Assembly: GCF_030144855.1 (NCBI RefSeq)
Contig: NC_082710.1
Coordinates: forward strand, 151,528,001-151,592,000
DNA length: 64,000 nt
Direction: 5' to 3'
From: Hypanus sabinus
Lineage: Eukaryota
The translations under genes and the position numbers were made by a program. This document shows positions 25,690 to 38,125 of this stretch, piece after piece. Each line of letters opens with the position of its first letter. The first letter of the stretch is position 1. The notes beneath the pieces were generated by a model. The model was not told the origin of the DNA and ran no database searches. It saw only the letters and a list, made by a program, of their open reading frames with translations.

Positions 25690-25990
25690 TGTGCGAATCT
25701 CTGCAGCACCCGGTGACCCCGTGATCTCGGTCTTGGAGAGCACCTTTCCACCGCACGGCGTCAGGCCCTATTCGTATACTTGACAGCGCATTGGAAACTT
25801 GTGACAACAAACTGTCGGGAGCGTTCATGGACATCGTCAATCTCCCACCGCTGCAATCGGTGCTTGAAAAGGGCGAATACCATAGGGAAAGCAAGAAGAG
25901 GGGCTTGAGCTGCCGCAATCATAATCGCCCAGCGACACTCATGTCTATTGTGGTGTAATGCATTGAATGCTTACCGATGGCTTGAATCAA
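25690..25990 (+). mobile_element. Rex1/Babar-type LINE RT N-terminal fragment
   Basis: Decayed GPDG..GRVLKTCA.QL.GVF.DIFNL and YRP.AL.S.V segments on the plus strand. Confidence 0.6.
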
Positions 25991-26679
25991 CTTCTGCCTA
26001 AGCAAGTACATAGACTCTGTAAAATTTGCCTATTGTCACAATAGATCTTCAAAGGGCCTCGGCCCGTACTGTCGACTCTTTACTCATTTCCACAGATGCT
26101 GCTTGACCTGGGGGTGGGGGGAAATAAACTGTTAAGATGCCGTGAACTTTTTTTTAAATGGCCCTATAGCGACAGACAACTGGTTAATACCTTTCACCAG
26201 GACAGGAAAGAAAGAGGGGGAAAGCTAGTAGAAAAGGATCAGGTTGGGAGGCATGGAGCAAGAGCTGCCGGATGAAAAACCTGACTTCCTGCAACTTGCC
26301 GGTAATTCTCTACTTTGCATTCCTTCGCAAACGTCGTCAAATACAGTTCATTCTACTGGGGGCATTTGGTAACATCGCACTTGGTATCAACATCACCTAT
26401 TATTGACAATGAACCTGTAGCCGAAAGGACTTGTTTCCCAGACTGATTCTCTTGCCCAATCACAACAGCCATTCACACAGGAAAGTTGGTAATATACTCT
26501 GAGCTCATGTTCACACCCCCAGCACCGAACTGATTCCACAGCCTGTATACTCGCTAACAAAGATTCTGTAATTCATGTTCTCTAGTGCGAAGCGCAGAAT
26601 CAAATATCACTATGGTGATCGTCTGCTCCAGTATCAATTGTTTGGCGACAATAAAGTAATAACGTATAAAATATTAGTT

Positions 26680-28910
26680 TTTTTATTATTCTCATCTCGT
26701 GAATTTCTTATACCAATAATTATAAATATTATCACTGCAGGTACATTTCCAGTTTCGGTTATTTTTTTTCACAACTGCTTTTAGCACGTCCTTTGTAACT
26801 TCATATGTTTAGATGTCTTCAATTGTGTGAGTGCTATCTTTTCTACCTTTTTGATATCACGCCAAAATTTGATTATCACTGTGTTTGTTCAAAATTCTTT
26901 GCTAGGGTTGGGGACATTTTGGTACGTCGAATTTTGCTTTACCTTTTTTTCAATGTTGCTGAACTGAAAACTGTGATATCTTCGTCTGGCGCAATTCATG
27001 CTTCTACTTAGTCTTTTTAAATGCACCATGCTTTCATTTTAGTGTATCTCTCTATAAATTCTACAATGCTTTTGTTAAGTTGTGTGGACCTTAGATTTCC
27101 TTAGTATTTCCTTCGCTTTTTTCTTAACATTCTTGCTCAGATTATTTATTTTATGCTCCATTAGGTGGGCTACTTCTGCTTCAACGTTTCAATATTGTTT
27201 CTTAATCTCTTCCGTGATTTCCACGTTCTCATTTCATTACTCAGTTATGCATTTCGATTATTGAGTCCCTATATTTTTCATTGCACTGCTGTTAATGCTG
27301 CACAGTATATTGTTTTGTGCTTTACTTCAAATATTACAAATTTTCCTAAAAATTGTGGCAATATAATATTGTTCAAAGGGCTAACAAAACTTTTGCAAGT
27401 TTTGATGACATCATTTGTTTTAGTATTTAGAGGTTTTTTTTTGTTGGGTCAGTGTAACCAGGGAGCTGTGCCTGTCCGGTGACAGCATTGCCGTCACCTG
27501 GTCGGAGGTCACACTACCTGCCAGTCAACAATTCGCCCCTCCCAACTAATCAATGCACACCTAACCATTGGCCACCTTAAAGGATTAACCTGTCTAGCAC
27601 CAAGCTTTTGCCACTCTACTTCACTAGAGGTAAAATGAGCATTGAATGGGGTTGTAGGAGAGTTTATTGTTGTCCCTTTAGCAAAGAGCCGTGCTTGCCC
27701 ATAGCCAACGGGGTGGGGGGCAAGTATTGTAGTTACTTTTCCCCTGCTTGGATGTGTATCTGTACTCCGTCCCCCACATCGTTTTCTCGTGTATTGTACT
27801 GCCGACCCGACTTTTACCACGCTCCTCTATTCTAAGCGCGTTTGTACGAATACTGTAGCCGCTGGTGTTGTTCCCAGGCTTTTTTCTCTCCTTGTAAATA
27901 AACTCCTTATTGTTAAAACTGTGTGTCCAGAGCTCTTGCCTTGAGACACAAAGAACCTATCTCATTTCCATCACAGCAGTCAGTGACCATGTATTCTGTT
28001 TGTGTAGAGTAAATGTTCGGATAAATCTGTCCGGAAACTCAAACCCGTCATCAGCATTCTGCGGAGTTTCTACAGTATTGTTGTTGCTATTATCTTCAGT
28101 TCTGGAGATGTTGCTGAAGTAATTCCATTTTCATCGGCGCTTCCAGATATGGCATCTTCATTATGTTTTTCTGTACATCGTTGTGGTTTTTAGAGTGGTT
28201 TCCTTCTAACTCCTGTGCAATTTGTACTTTATTTCTACAGGACGATAGGGATTAGGTTATGGTTTTATCACAACTCTAGCTATATCTGCTATTGGTTGTG
28301 CATTTATATGCATTAAGCAATATTGTGTTATAAACACTGCTGATGAAGGTTGACCCTGTAATCCGTCACACCAGTCTCAAGTTCTCTTACTCGACCTTAA
28401 ACACTCATTATGAACGTGCTTACCATTTCACGCGTATCTTCCTTCTCATAGCTGCTCGATTCCTGTCCGTTGTAAGTTCTGAGAAGCACAACAGGCACAG
28501 CCTGTGGTGCTCGTGGGCTACTTTGAGTGGTTGTTGCATCTTTTGCGGGCTTACTGGTCCTTGCGTGTCCATTCATAGAGCAATATAATGCTTCGATTAC
28601 TGTTACGCTGAGCGCCAGTTTCAGGCAACCCCAGCAATCCACAGACAACGATCATATTACTACATTACGTGTACATCTCTCAATATCTAAAGTAAAAGGG
28701 TAGAGGTTCTTATACCTACAGCCAAGGTTTGTTTTCGACCGTCCCAGACATCGGGAGCAGATGCTGACCAGAGTTTTGCCTAGTCTGGTTACAGACTTCC
28801 TGAATTTGTGTCTGTTTCGTTCCATAGTGATATTTTATTTCTCACACGCCATATATATGAAAAACATTCCCCTTACCTGGGGACCAGCGGGATGGAGAAA
28901 TAACCCTTTC
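26680..28910 (-). mobile_element. Dong/R4-clade non-LTR retrotransposon relic (5' half of ORF), interrupted by a solo LTR
   Basis: Minus-strand translations across frameshifts: TREMVSTFIM, ELETGVTDYRVNLHQQ, QPIADIARVVIK.NLIP, EIKVQIAQELE (28200-28440) and NWKCTCSDNIYNYWYKKFT (26698-26755). These match the R4/Dong ORF N-terminus and the pre-RT NWKSPGxDxIxNYWYKK motif as I recall them. Confidence 0.75.
27453..27975 (+). mobile_element. Solo LTR (523 bp) inserted in the Dong/R4 element
   Basis: TGTAACC...CATCACA termini, AATAAA at ~27897, flanks TCAG/GCAG (4-bp TSD with one mismatch). Confidence 0.75.
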
Positions 28911-28939
28911 GGTGGTGGTTGTTGTTGTCGTTATTGTTG

Positions 28940-28996
<57 letters not shown>
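28911..28996. repeat. Compound microsatellite (GGT)n(GTT)n(TTA)18
   Basis: Read directly; pure TTA run 28943-28996. Confidence 0.97.
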
Positions 28997-28997
<1 letters not shown>

Positions 28998-29129
28998 ATT
29001 TTCACTTTACCTCAGCTCAAGCTGGCAAAATCTCAAGCCAAGCACAATCATTCCTTAATTACGAGCACATTTTGGACCATTCTAGTGGTGGTTAATATGG
29101 TAGGTTAAAAGCATGGACAGTAAGGGTGG

Positions 29130-30900
29130 AGAGAGCTAGCGTTGGATAACTAAGACAATAAAATAAGACATCAAACTAACAGCACCTGTGTACACAGTCG
29201 CCATGGGCAGTGGGAAACTGAAAGATTGGGAAGACTTTTAAAAGCAATAAGGAACAACTAAGTGGGCAACAAAGAGAGGGAAATTAAATTCTGAAAATAA
29301 ACTCGCACAAAATATGAAAAGTGGATAGCAAAATACTTTTTTTTTATAATTATATAAAGTGGAAAGGATTGGCGAAAGTGAACGTAGGACCCTTGGAGGA
29401 CAAGAATGGGAATTGATATTGAGTAATGAGGAAATTGATGAATGACAACTTGGTGTCGATGTTCATTGAGGAGGACACGTCTAACATGCCAAAGAGAGAT
29501 GTTATGGATGCAATATGAGGTGAGCACCTTGATACAGTAGTTATCACTAAATGCGTAGTGATGTACAAACCTGTAGGCCTGAAGATTTTTAAGTCCCCTG
29601 GTCCTGATGGAATGCATCATGGGGTACAGAAAGAAGTGTCAGAAGTTATATTAGAGGCTTCGATGATAATTTATGAAAATTCTCTAGACTCTGGGCAGAT
29701 TCCGGCGGATGCGAAGACGGCGAATGTCACGCCACTTTTGCAAAACTATAGACCAGTTAGTTCAACACCTCTAGTTGGGAAAATATTTGAAGCTATCAAT
29801 AAAGCAGATCTAACGAGGCATCTGGAAAGAAATGGTTCCATCAGGCATATGCAGCATGGATTCAACAAAGGCCAGTACTGTTTTACAAACTTCCAAACTT
29901 GCTGAATCCCTGTGAGGACATAATGAGAGCACTGCATACAGCGGAACAGTTGGTTGTTATTTACTTGAATTTCCAGAAGTTGTTCCATAAAGTACTTATC
30001 CATAAGACAAAGATGCACTGACTTAGTGTTGATGTATTAGCGTGGATAGATGTTTGGTAAACTAATAGAAAGAAGGAGTTCAGACACATGGATTTTACTC
30101 TGGTTGATAATCAATGGTGCGCAGAGTGATGCAAGTGTTTTTGCTGGGCCTGCAACAGTTCACAACATACATTAATGATCCAGAAGAAGACACTGAGTGT
30201 AGCGTATCTAAGTTTCCTTATAATACTAAATTGAATGGAAAAGCAAATTTTTCAGAAGATATGTAGAGTTTGCAGAGAGATATAGATAGGTTCACTGAGT
30301 GGGCAAGGTCTGCCAGATGGAATACAGTGCTATTAAATGTGAGGTTATCCACAATGGGCTGTGGAAGGACAAAATATTATTTAAATGATAAAGAATTGCA
30401 GCATTCTGCTGTGCAGAGGGAGTGCATGAATCATAAAAGGTTGAATTGTAGGTGCAGCAGGCTATTAAGAAGGGAAATGGGATGTTGGCCTTCATTGCTA
30501 AAGGAATTGAATTTAAGTATTGGGAGGTTATGCTGCGGTGCGGATGAGGTTTACCAGATTGTTTTCAGAAATGACAGGGTTAGATGATGAGGAGAGATTA
30601 AGTTGCCCCAGACAGTATTCACTGGAATTCAGAAGAATGAGAGGAGATCTTTACAGACATATAAGATAGAGGCAGGAAAAATGAGACGAGAACAACAGGA
30701 TGTAGCCTCAATATTCTGGGGAGTAGATTTAGGATGAAGATGAAGAGGATCTACATTTCCCAGACGGTTGTGAAACTGTGGAATTCTCTGTCCATTGAAG
30801 CAGTGGAAGCTACCTCAGTAAATATATGCAAGACAAGGTTGGATAAATTTTGCTTGGTAGGGAAATCTGCGAGTTATTGTGAAAAGGCAGGTAGGAGGAG
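29130..30900 (+). mobile_element. Degraded CR1/L3 LINE (linker, RT, 3' end; internal deletions)
   Basis: ORF 29558..29905 (KSPGPDGMH...ANVTPL..NYRPVS...QHGFNKG) and ORF 30270..30587. Confidence 0.85.
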
Positions 30901-31309
30901 GATTGAGCCTATGGCCATATCAACAATGACATTATTGAATGACAGAGCAGGTTCGTCAGTGCAAATGGCCTACTTCTGCTACTATTTCTTATGTTCTTTG
31001 GTTTCTGATGATTTACATAAATATTGCTGCAAAAGCATAACAGTGTAATGTGTAGTAACATTGTGGTGATATCAGTTGTAGACATTGCTTTTGGGACAAT
31101 GGATACCCTATTAATTTTCCATAGTCTTTCAATTTCCTCTCTGAAGTCAGCACATTTCTGGTGCATTTCACTTACTGATTTCTGTATATTGTGTGTGTTT
31201 GGAATGGCTATATTTATTCAGTAATTTATTCTTGCGTCTTTATCCTGTAATATTACATCTGGACAGTTCTTATGGATTATCTTACTCGTAAGTTATAATA
31301 TAATTTGAA

Positions 31310-32640
31310 AACTTTAACTCTAAATCTGGATCGGGTTACTAATTATGAACATATGGGGAGACATAATATGGTTAGGAATAGTCAACATGGTTTTGTCAAA
31401 GGGAGGTCGTGCCTTACGAGCCTGATTAAATTTTATGAGGATGTACCAAAACACATTGATGAAGGAAGATCTGTAGATGTGGTGTATATGGATTTCAGCA
31501 ATGCATTTAATAAGGTACCCATGCAAGGCTTATTGACAGAATAAGGAGGCATGGTATCCAAGGGAACTTTGCTTTGTGGATCCCGATTTGGCTTGCCCAT
31601 GGAAGACAAACAGTGGTTGTAGATGGGTCATATTCTTCATGGAGGCTAGTGACTAGCGGTATGCCCCAGTATTCCTTTCTGCGACCCCATCTCTTCGTGA
31701 CTTTTAATAAATGACCTGCATGAGGAAGTGGAGGTATGGTTTCGTAAATTTGCTGACGATACAAAGGTTGGTGACGTTGTGGATAATGTGGAGGACTGTA
31801 AAATTTTACACTGGGATATCGATAGGATATAAAACTAGGCTGAGAAGTGGTAGATGGAGTTTGACCCAAATAAGTGTGAGGTGGTTAATTTTGGTCAGAC
31901 AAACACGATTGCAGAATATAGTATTAATGATAAGACTCTTGGCAGTGTGGAGGATTAGAGGGATCTTGGAGTCCTAGTCAATAGGACAGTCAAAGATCTT
32001 GTGCAGGTTGACTCTATGGTTAAGAAAGGATATGATGCATTGGCCTTCATCAGCGATGGGATTGAGTTTAAGTCCCGAGAGTTAATGCTACTGCTTTATA
32101 CAATCCCGGTCAGAACCCACGTGGCGTTCTTTGCTCAGTTCTGGTCACCTCAGTACAGGAAGGATATGGCAACTATAGAAATGGATCAGAGGAGTTTAGA
32201 AGGATGTTGCCTGGATTGGGGAGCATGCCCGATGAGAACAGCTTGAGTGAACTTGGTTTTTCCCTCTTTGGAGCGAAGGAGGATGAGAGGTGACGTGATA
32301 GAGGTATATAAGATTATGAGAGACATAGTGTGAATAGTCAGAAGCTTTTTTCCCAGGGTTGAAATGGCTCGCAAGAGAGGGCACAGCTTTTAATGTGCTT
32401 GCAAGTAGGTACAGAGGAGATGTCAGGGGTATTTTTTTAATGCAGAGAGTCATGAATGCGTGGAATGGGCTGTCGGCGACCCTGGTAGAGCGGATATGAT
32501 AGGGTCTTTTAAGAGATTCCTGGATAGATAGAAGGAGCTTGTAAAAATAGAGGGCTATGGGTAAGCCTAGGTAGTTCTAAGGTAAGGACTTGTTCGGCAC
32601 ACCTTTGTGGACCGGAGTATTGTGCTGTAAGCTTTCTATG
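31310..32640 (+). mobile_element. CR1/L3 LINE, RT to 3' tail
   Basis: ORF 31305..31544 (SQHGFVKGRSCLTSLIKF...VDVVYMDFSNAFNKVP); tail ttctatgtgtctatgtttct at ~32635. Confidence 0.9.
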
Positions 32641-33419
32641 TGTCTATGTTTCTATTAGCTCAGCTTGATTATCTGCTAGCCATACTCGACAAACATCCCA
32701 CATACCCCTCACAGTCACAACCAGTACCACACACACCTGCATTTTTCTCTTTGCATGTATGGGGGTGGGAGGTGGTCGATTGGAGTCCTTCCTCCGTAAC
32801 TGCTCCTATTCACTCACTGACCCAATACATAGTCTACAATTCATCTCATTAGCTACCCGGTCTTAAGGTACCTTGGGCAACTTTTTCCCCGATCTATATC
32901 TTAACGAGCATCTTTTGACTCATTTACAGTTCAGAGGAAGGAACGTCGATCTGAAAGATAGATTTTGCAAATCTTTCACCAATTGCTGTGTGACTTGTTG
33001 AGTATTACCAAAAGTTTCTGTTTATATTTCAAATGTTGTCTGTGAACCTGGGTCCATACTCGGATCTGATACATTAAGGAGTGTTCATCATCTGGATCAC
33101 TAATCAGTACAATGCTGGCTCTGGGAAGACCACAGATTTAGAACCCTTAGCGCTTTATTTCGATCTGTGCACACTTTAGATGATACAAACACATGAAATA
33201 TAGAAAGTCGCTATTTTGCTCTGTGTGAGTCTCAGCTTCTACTTGCTTAATCTTGTTTCTTTTCCCTGCTCCTATTCTGACCTTATTGTCGTTACTCTGC
33301 TACAAAAAATAAAAACCTCAAAGTAAATGCCGGAAACACTTGCCATTTTAGCATGTTTTTCATCATTGCACTAATTTCAGCTAATGAAAGACTGTTGCAT
33401 TTTTCTTCACATTTATCAA

Positions 33420-34430
33420 TGTTCAGAAAGATCATGGACGATGAAGTGGAAGGGTACCTTAGTAAGCCTGCAGATGACAAGAAAATTGGTACTGTTGTGG
33501 ATATTATAGAAGAGTGTTGAGGGTTAGAATGGAACGTTGCTAGGATGCAGAGCTGGGCTGAGAAGTGGTCCAAAACGTGATCTGCTTCACCCGTTACAGA
33601 CTGAAATGAAGACAGAATGCCGAGTTAATGATAGGAATCTTAGTAGTGTGAAGAAACAGAGGGACGTTGGGACCCACGTCCACGGATCCATCAACGATGT
33701 CGCACAAGTTCATAGTGTTGTTGGCGAAGATATATATTTTGTTGACTTTTTAAGTCGGGTAATTGAATTGAATTCATTATTTACATCCTATATATACAAG
33801 AGGGGTAAAAACCTTTACGTTATGTCTCCGCCTAAATGTGCAATGTGCAATTTATAGTAATTTATAATAAATAGTAGTACAACAATATAGTCAATACAAC
33901 ATCAGTCTATCGTATCTGAGGTGATTATGAGCTACTTCAACAAGAAATGTGAAGGAAATTGCAGAAAATAGCAGTATACTGTAGAGCTGAAATGAGCTCA
34001 GTACACGGCCGCAGTATGCGGCACCATCTTGAACTTGATTGGGTCAACAGCTGTGAAGAAATGTTCCAACTAAAGAGAACGCTGGTTTGACCAAATTTCA
34101 AATATTGCCCTCAGCATTGATTACCTCATTATAGTGGTAAGATGTACAAGATGTATAGTTTGTACAAACAAAATTCACCAAAATGCTGCCTGGACTAGAG
34201 AGCATGTCCTGGGAGGATACTTGAGAAAGCTAAGGCTTTTCTCTTTGGCGCAAAGCAGAAAGAGAGGTGACTTGATAAAGGTATAAGCTGATAAAAGACA
34301 TAGTTCGAGTGAGAAGACAGAGACTTTTCTCCCAGGACGTGAACGGAACGCCCAAGGGGGTACAATTTTTAAGGCTATTGGAAGAAAGTATATAGGAATA
34401 TAAGACACATATATAAAATAATAGATGAAC
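33420..34430 (+). mobile_element. Short CR1/L3 fragments (33420-33750 and 34130-34430) with other repeat debris between
   Basis: ADDKKIGTVVD segment at ~33470; decayed FT.MLPGL...LFSL...RGDLIKVYK segment at ~34170-34290. Confidence 0.6.
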
Positions 34431-34489
34431 TCAATAGTTCAGGCAACAACCTTGGACTGAATGTACAGACGAAGTTTCGGGACTGGACC

Positions 34490-35760
34490 CATCTATAACC
34501 ATATAACCATATAACAATTACAGCATGGAAACAGGCCATCTCGACCCTTTTGGTTCGTGCCGAATGCTTACTCTCACCTAATCCCATCTACCTGCACTCA
34601 GCCCATAACTCTCCATTCCTTTCTAGTTCAGATACCTATCAATTTTTTAATTAAATGACAAAATCGAACTTGCCTCTAACACTTCTACTGGAAGCTCGTT
34701 CCACACAGCTGCCACTTTCTGAATATAGAAGTCCCCCCTCATGTTACCCCTAAACTTTTGCCACTTAACTCTCAACTCATGTCCTCTTGTGTGAATCTCC
34801 CCTACTCTCAATGGAAAAAGCCTATCCATGTCTACTCCATCTATCCCCCTCATCATTTTAAATACCTTTATCAAGTTCCCCCTCAACTTTCTACCCTCCA
34901 AAGAATAAAGACCTAACTTGTTCAACCCTTCTCTGTAACTTAGGTGCTGAAACCCAGGTAACATTCTAGTAAATCTCCTCTGTACTGTTTCTATTTTGTT
35001 AATATCTTTCCTATTATTCAGTGACCAGAACTGTACACAATACTCCAAATTTGGCCTCACCAATGCCTTTTACAATTTTAACATTACATCCCAACTCCTA
35101 TACTCAATGCTCTGATTTATAAAGGACAGCATACCAAAAGCTTCTCTTCACCACCCTATCCACATGAGATTCCACCTTCGGGGGACTATGCTACTTTATT
35201 CCCAGATCACACTGTTCTACTGCATTCCTCAGTGCCCTACCATTTACCGTGTATGTCCTACTTTGATTAGTCTTACCAAGATGTAGCACCTCGCTCTTCT
35301 CAGCATTAAACTTCATCCGCCATCTTTCAGCCCACTCTTCTAACTGGCCTAAATCTCTCTGTAAGCTTTGAAAACCCAATTCATTATCCACAACGCCACC
35401 TATCTTAGTATCATCTGCATACTTACTAATCCAGTTTACTACCCCATCACCCAGATCATTAGTGTACTGTATATGACAAACAACATTGGACCCCGTACAA
35501 ATCCCTAAGGCACACCGTTAGTCATTAGCCTCCAACCTGACAAACTGTTATTGTTCAAAATCTCCCCCATTTCTTTTGGCTCCCCACGTAGCTGCCCACT
35601 CTGATTCTCTAAGGGATCAATTTTATCACTCACTATCATTTTGTTAGTAATATAACTGTAAAAACCCTTTGGATTTATTTTCACCTTACTTGCCAAAGCA
35701 ATCTCGTATCTTTTAGCTTTTCTAATTTCTCCTTTTCCGAACCAAATTTCCAATATCCCT
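34490..35760 (-). mobile_element. CR1/L3 LINE 3' portion, relatively young
   Basis: ORF 34647..35063 (VRPNLEYCVQFWS...TRGHELRV...VWNELP); (ATGGTTAT)n tail at ~34495-34515. Confidence 0.92.
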
Positions 35761-36176
35761 TGAAAATCATGGCTCCCTCAAACTTAAGCAATTTAAGCAT
35801 CCCTGCATGCCAATCAGGACTCTTTCAAGGGCGATTTGAGGATAATTGCCAACTGACCAATTGCAAAGTATCTTTAAGTACTTTGGATGTAGATGAATAA
35901 CGGGGAGGGGATCGCTGTTCAAAACTTCTAAACTATTAGTTTCTTGAAGAATGGCCTCTACGAAAAAAACAATATATAATTGTTGTTGTAAAACCCATTT
36001 TCCTTGATTCCACGATATTCGTCAGTGCTTGATGATTTTGCCATTAACAGACGACAAATGAGACAAGTTCCCGCTACGGTAAACACAAATGCTCTGTTCT
36101 GGGATCATCTTCGCGGTTCAGTGCTTCTGTGCTATTTACAGACCAAACAGACACATTTTGCAATACCTAGTTCGGA

Positions 36177-37740
36177 GACGGACAGACAGACAGACATACT
36201 TTATCGAACCCGAGGGAAATTACGTTTCGTTACAGCGCACCAAACAAGAATAATGAAGAAATATAGCAATATAAAACCACAAATAATTAAATAATAAGTT
36301 AATCATGCCAAGTGGAAATAAATCCAGGATCAGCCTATTGGCACAGCGTGTCTGACACTCCCAGTGAGGATTTGTAAAGTTTGATGGCCACAGGTAAGAA
36401 TGACTTCCTGTGACGCTCAGTGTTACATCTCGGTGGAATGAGTCTCAGGCTGAATGTACTCCTGTGCCTAACCAGTACATTATAGAGTGGATGGGAGTCA
36501 TTGTCCAAGATGGCATGCAACTTGGCCAGCATCCTCTTTTCACACACCACCGTCAGACAGTCCAGTTCCAACCCAGAACATCACTGGCCTTACGAATGAG
36601 TTTGTTGTGTGTTATGTACCCCGTAACTGGGTGTCTAACCAGCAGACAAAGAAGAATCCGTTAGAGTCTGGTGGTACTGTATTCAAAGGTGTTTATTAGT
36701 ACAATAAGCAAATAAATACCAATAATTCAAATATATACATAACACAAGATAGCAATAATAAACCTGAAAGTGTAGGAATAATAATAAGCAATAATAAACA
36801 AGCTCTATCGATGTCTAGGGGTAAATGAATTGTCATAGAAAAATATAAAGTTCAGTTCAGTTCATGCGTGCTGAGGTAGATATGGCTGTTGCGTTGTAAT
36901 CGTTGGAGAGATAGAGCGAGCGAGAAGTAACAGCTGCAGCAGTCAAACCTTCCTTTGCGTTCTTGGTCCGTCGTGTCGTTGTGGGCATTCAGGTATGACC
37001 CCTCTTTCCTTCAGATAGACTGTTCTTCTGTGGTGGACTCGTCATTCTGGCATGAGTGCACACACACACAAGTCCCCACCGGCCCTGCTATAACACTGAG
37101 TTTTACTGTCCGACCTCCTGGTTCAGTCTGCGAAGCCCCACACCTTCGCGTAGGTTCCAACACTCAATCACTGTCCACTAGTGTGTCTCCTGGTGTGTCA
37201 GAAGGGTGTCTGTCCAGACCTGACTTTTATCCCTACTCACGGGGCCTCAGCTATCAATCAATTTTGAATTACTGTGTCCATCAAACCAGCCCATTCCGGC
37301 TGTCCGCTGAGGAATGTTAACGAACAGAATGGTATAAGATAAATAACCCTCAGAGAAGTCATAATAGGGTAAGTCAACAAGTCTCTCTCCCCTCTCTTAT
37401 CTGTAGCAGATGTTCTTGCATGTTTCTTTTCATCTCTCTCACTCTCATGAGCAGTATAGCAACAGTAACGGTTTGTGATTCTCAAAGGGGGGGGGGCATA
37501 TGGGCAACTCTGCACCTCATTTTCCATCAGAACTGTTTATCCTTCATAACAGTTGATTCTGTTGGTGTCTGCTACCCTCAGCCTGCTGTCCCAGCACACA
37601 ACAGCAAACATGATAGCACTGGCCACCACAACCTCGTAGAACATCCTCAGCATCGTCCGGCAGATATTAAAGGACCTCAGTTTCCTCTGGAAATAGAGAT
37701 GGCTCTGACCCTTCTTGTAGACAGTCTCAGTGCCCTTCCA
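36177..37740 (-). mobile_element. Rex1/Babar-type LINE 3' end, interrupted by a solo LTR
   Basis: ORF 36335..36571 (RMLAKLHAILDNDSHPLY...CNTERHRKSFLPVAIKLY); (TGTC)n tail at 36177-36195; sequence resumes at 37552. Confidence 0.85.
36608..37551 (-). mobile_element. Solo LTR (~944 bp)
   Basis: TGTTATG...CATAACA inverted termini; 4-bp TSD GTTG (36604-36607 and 37552-37555); removing it restores continuous Rex1 sequence gagtttgttgattctg. Confidence 0.88.
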
Positions 37741-37914
37741 TATGTCGTAACGGGTTAAACAAAAAGCATCCTTAAATATGAAGTGACGAAAATAATGAGG
37801 CTTTCCCTTTTCTAGCTTCGCTAATAACTGTTGTGTACCTCTGCAATCGAACTAGCATGAGGTCAAGCGGCTCAATTGCTAACATCAAACGTTGAATAAT
37901 CCTCTGCTGCGAAG

Positions 37915-38125
37915 TAAATGTTTTAAGAACATAAGACCTAGGCACAGAATTAGGCCATTTGGCCCGTCGAGTTTGCAGCACTATTCAATCACGGTTGATC
38001 CTTTTTTCCCTTCCTCAGCCCCACTTCCCCGCCTTCTCCCGATAACTCTTGATGCCGTGTCCAATCAAAATCCTTTCAAGCTCTGCTTTAAATACACCGA
38101 AAGGCCTGGCCTCCACAGCTCACTG
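37915..38125 (-). mobile_element. CR1/L3 3' UTR fragment
   Basis: taagaacataagac...aggccatttggcccgtcgag pattern matches CR1 tails elsewhere in the window. Confidence 0.65.

Noticed and set aside
28761-29108. 115-aa ORF with a poly-Tyr tract
   Set aside because: The tract is the (TTA)18 microsatellite, and the rest is the antisense of the Dong/R4 5' region; no coding signal.
33975-34030. Two small hairpins (GAGCT/AGCTC and GCCGCA/TGCGGC) suggesting a Helitron end or structured RNA
   Set aside because: No CTRR terminus; the region overlaps the caagatggtgcc 5'-end motif seen in other repeats here (e.g. ~5968), and such short stems are expected by chance.
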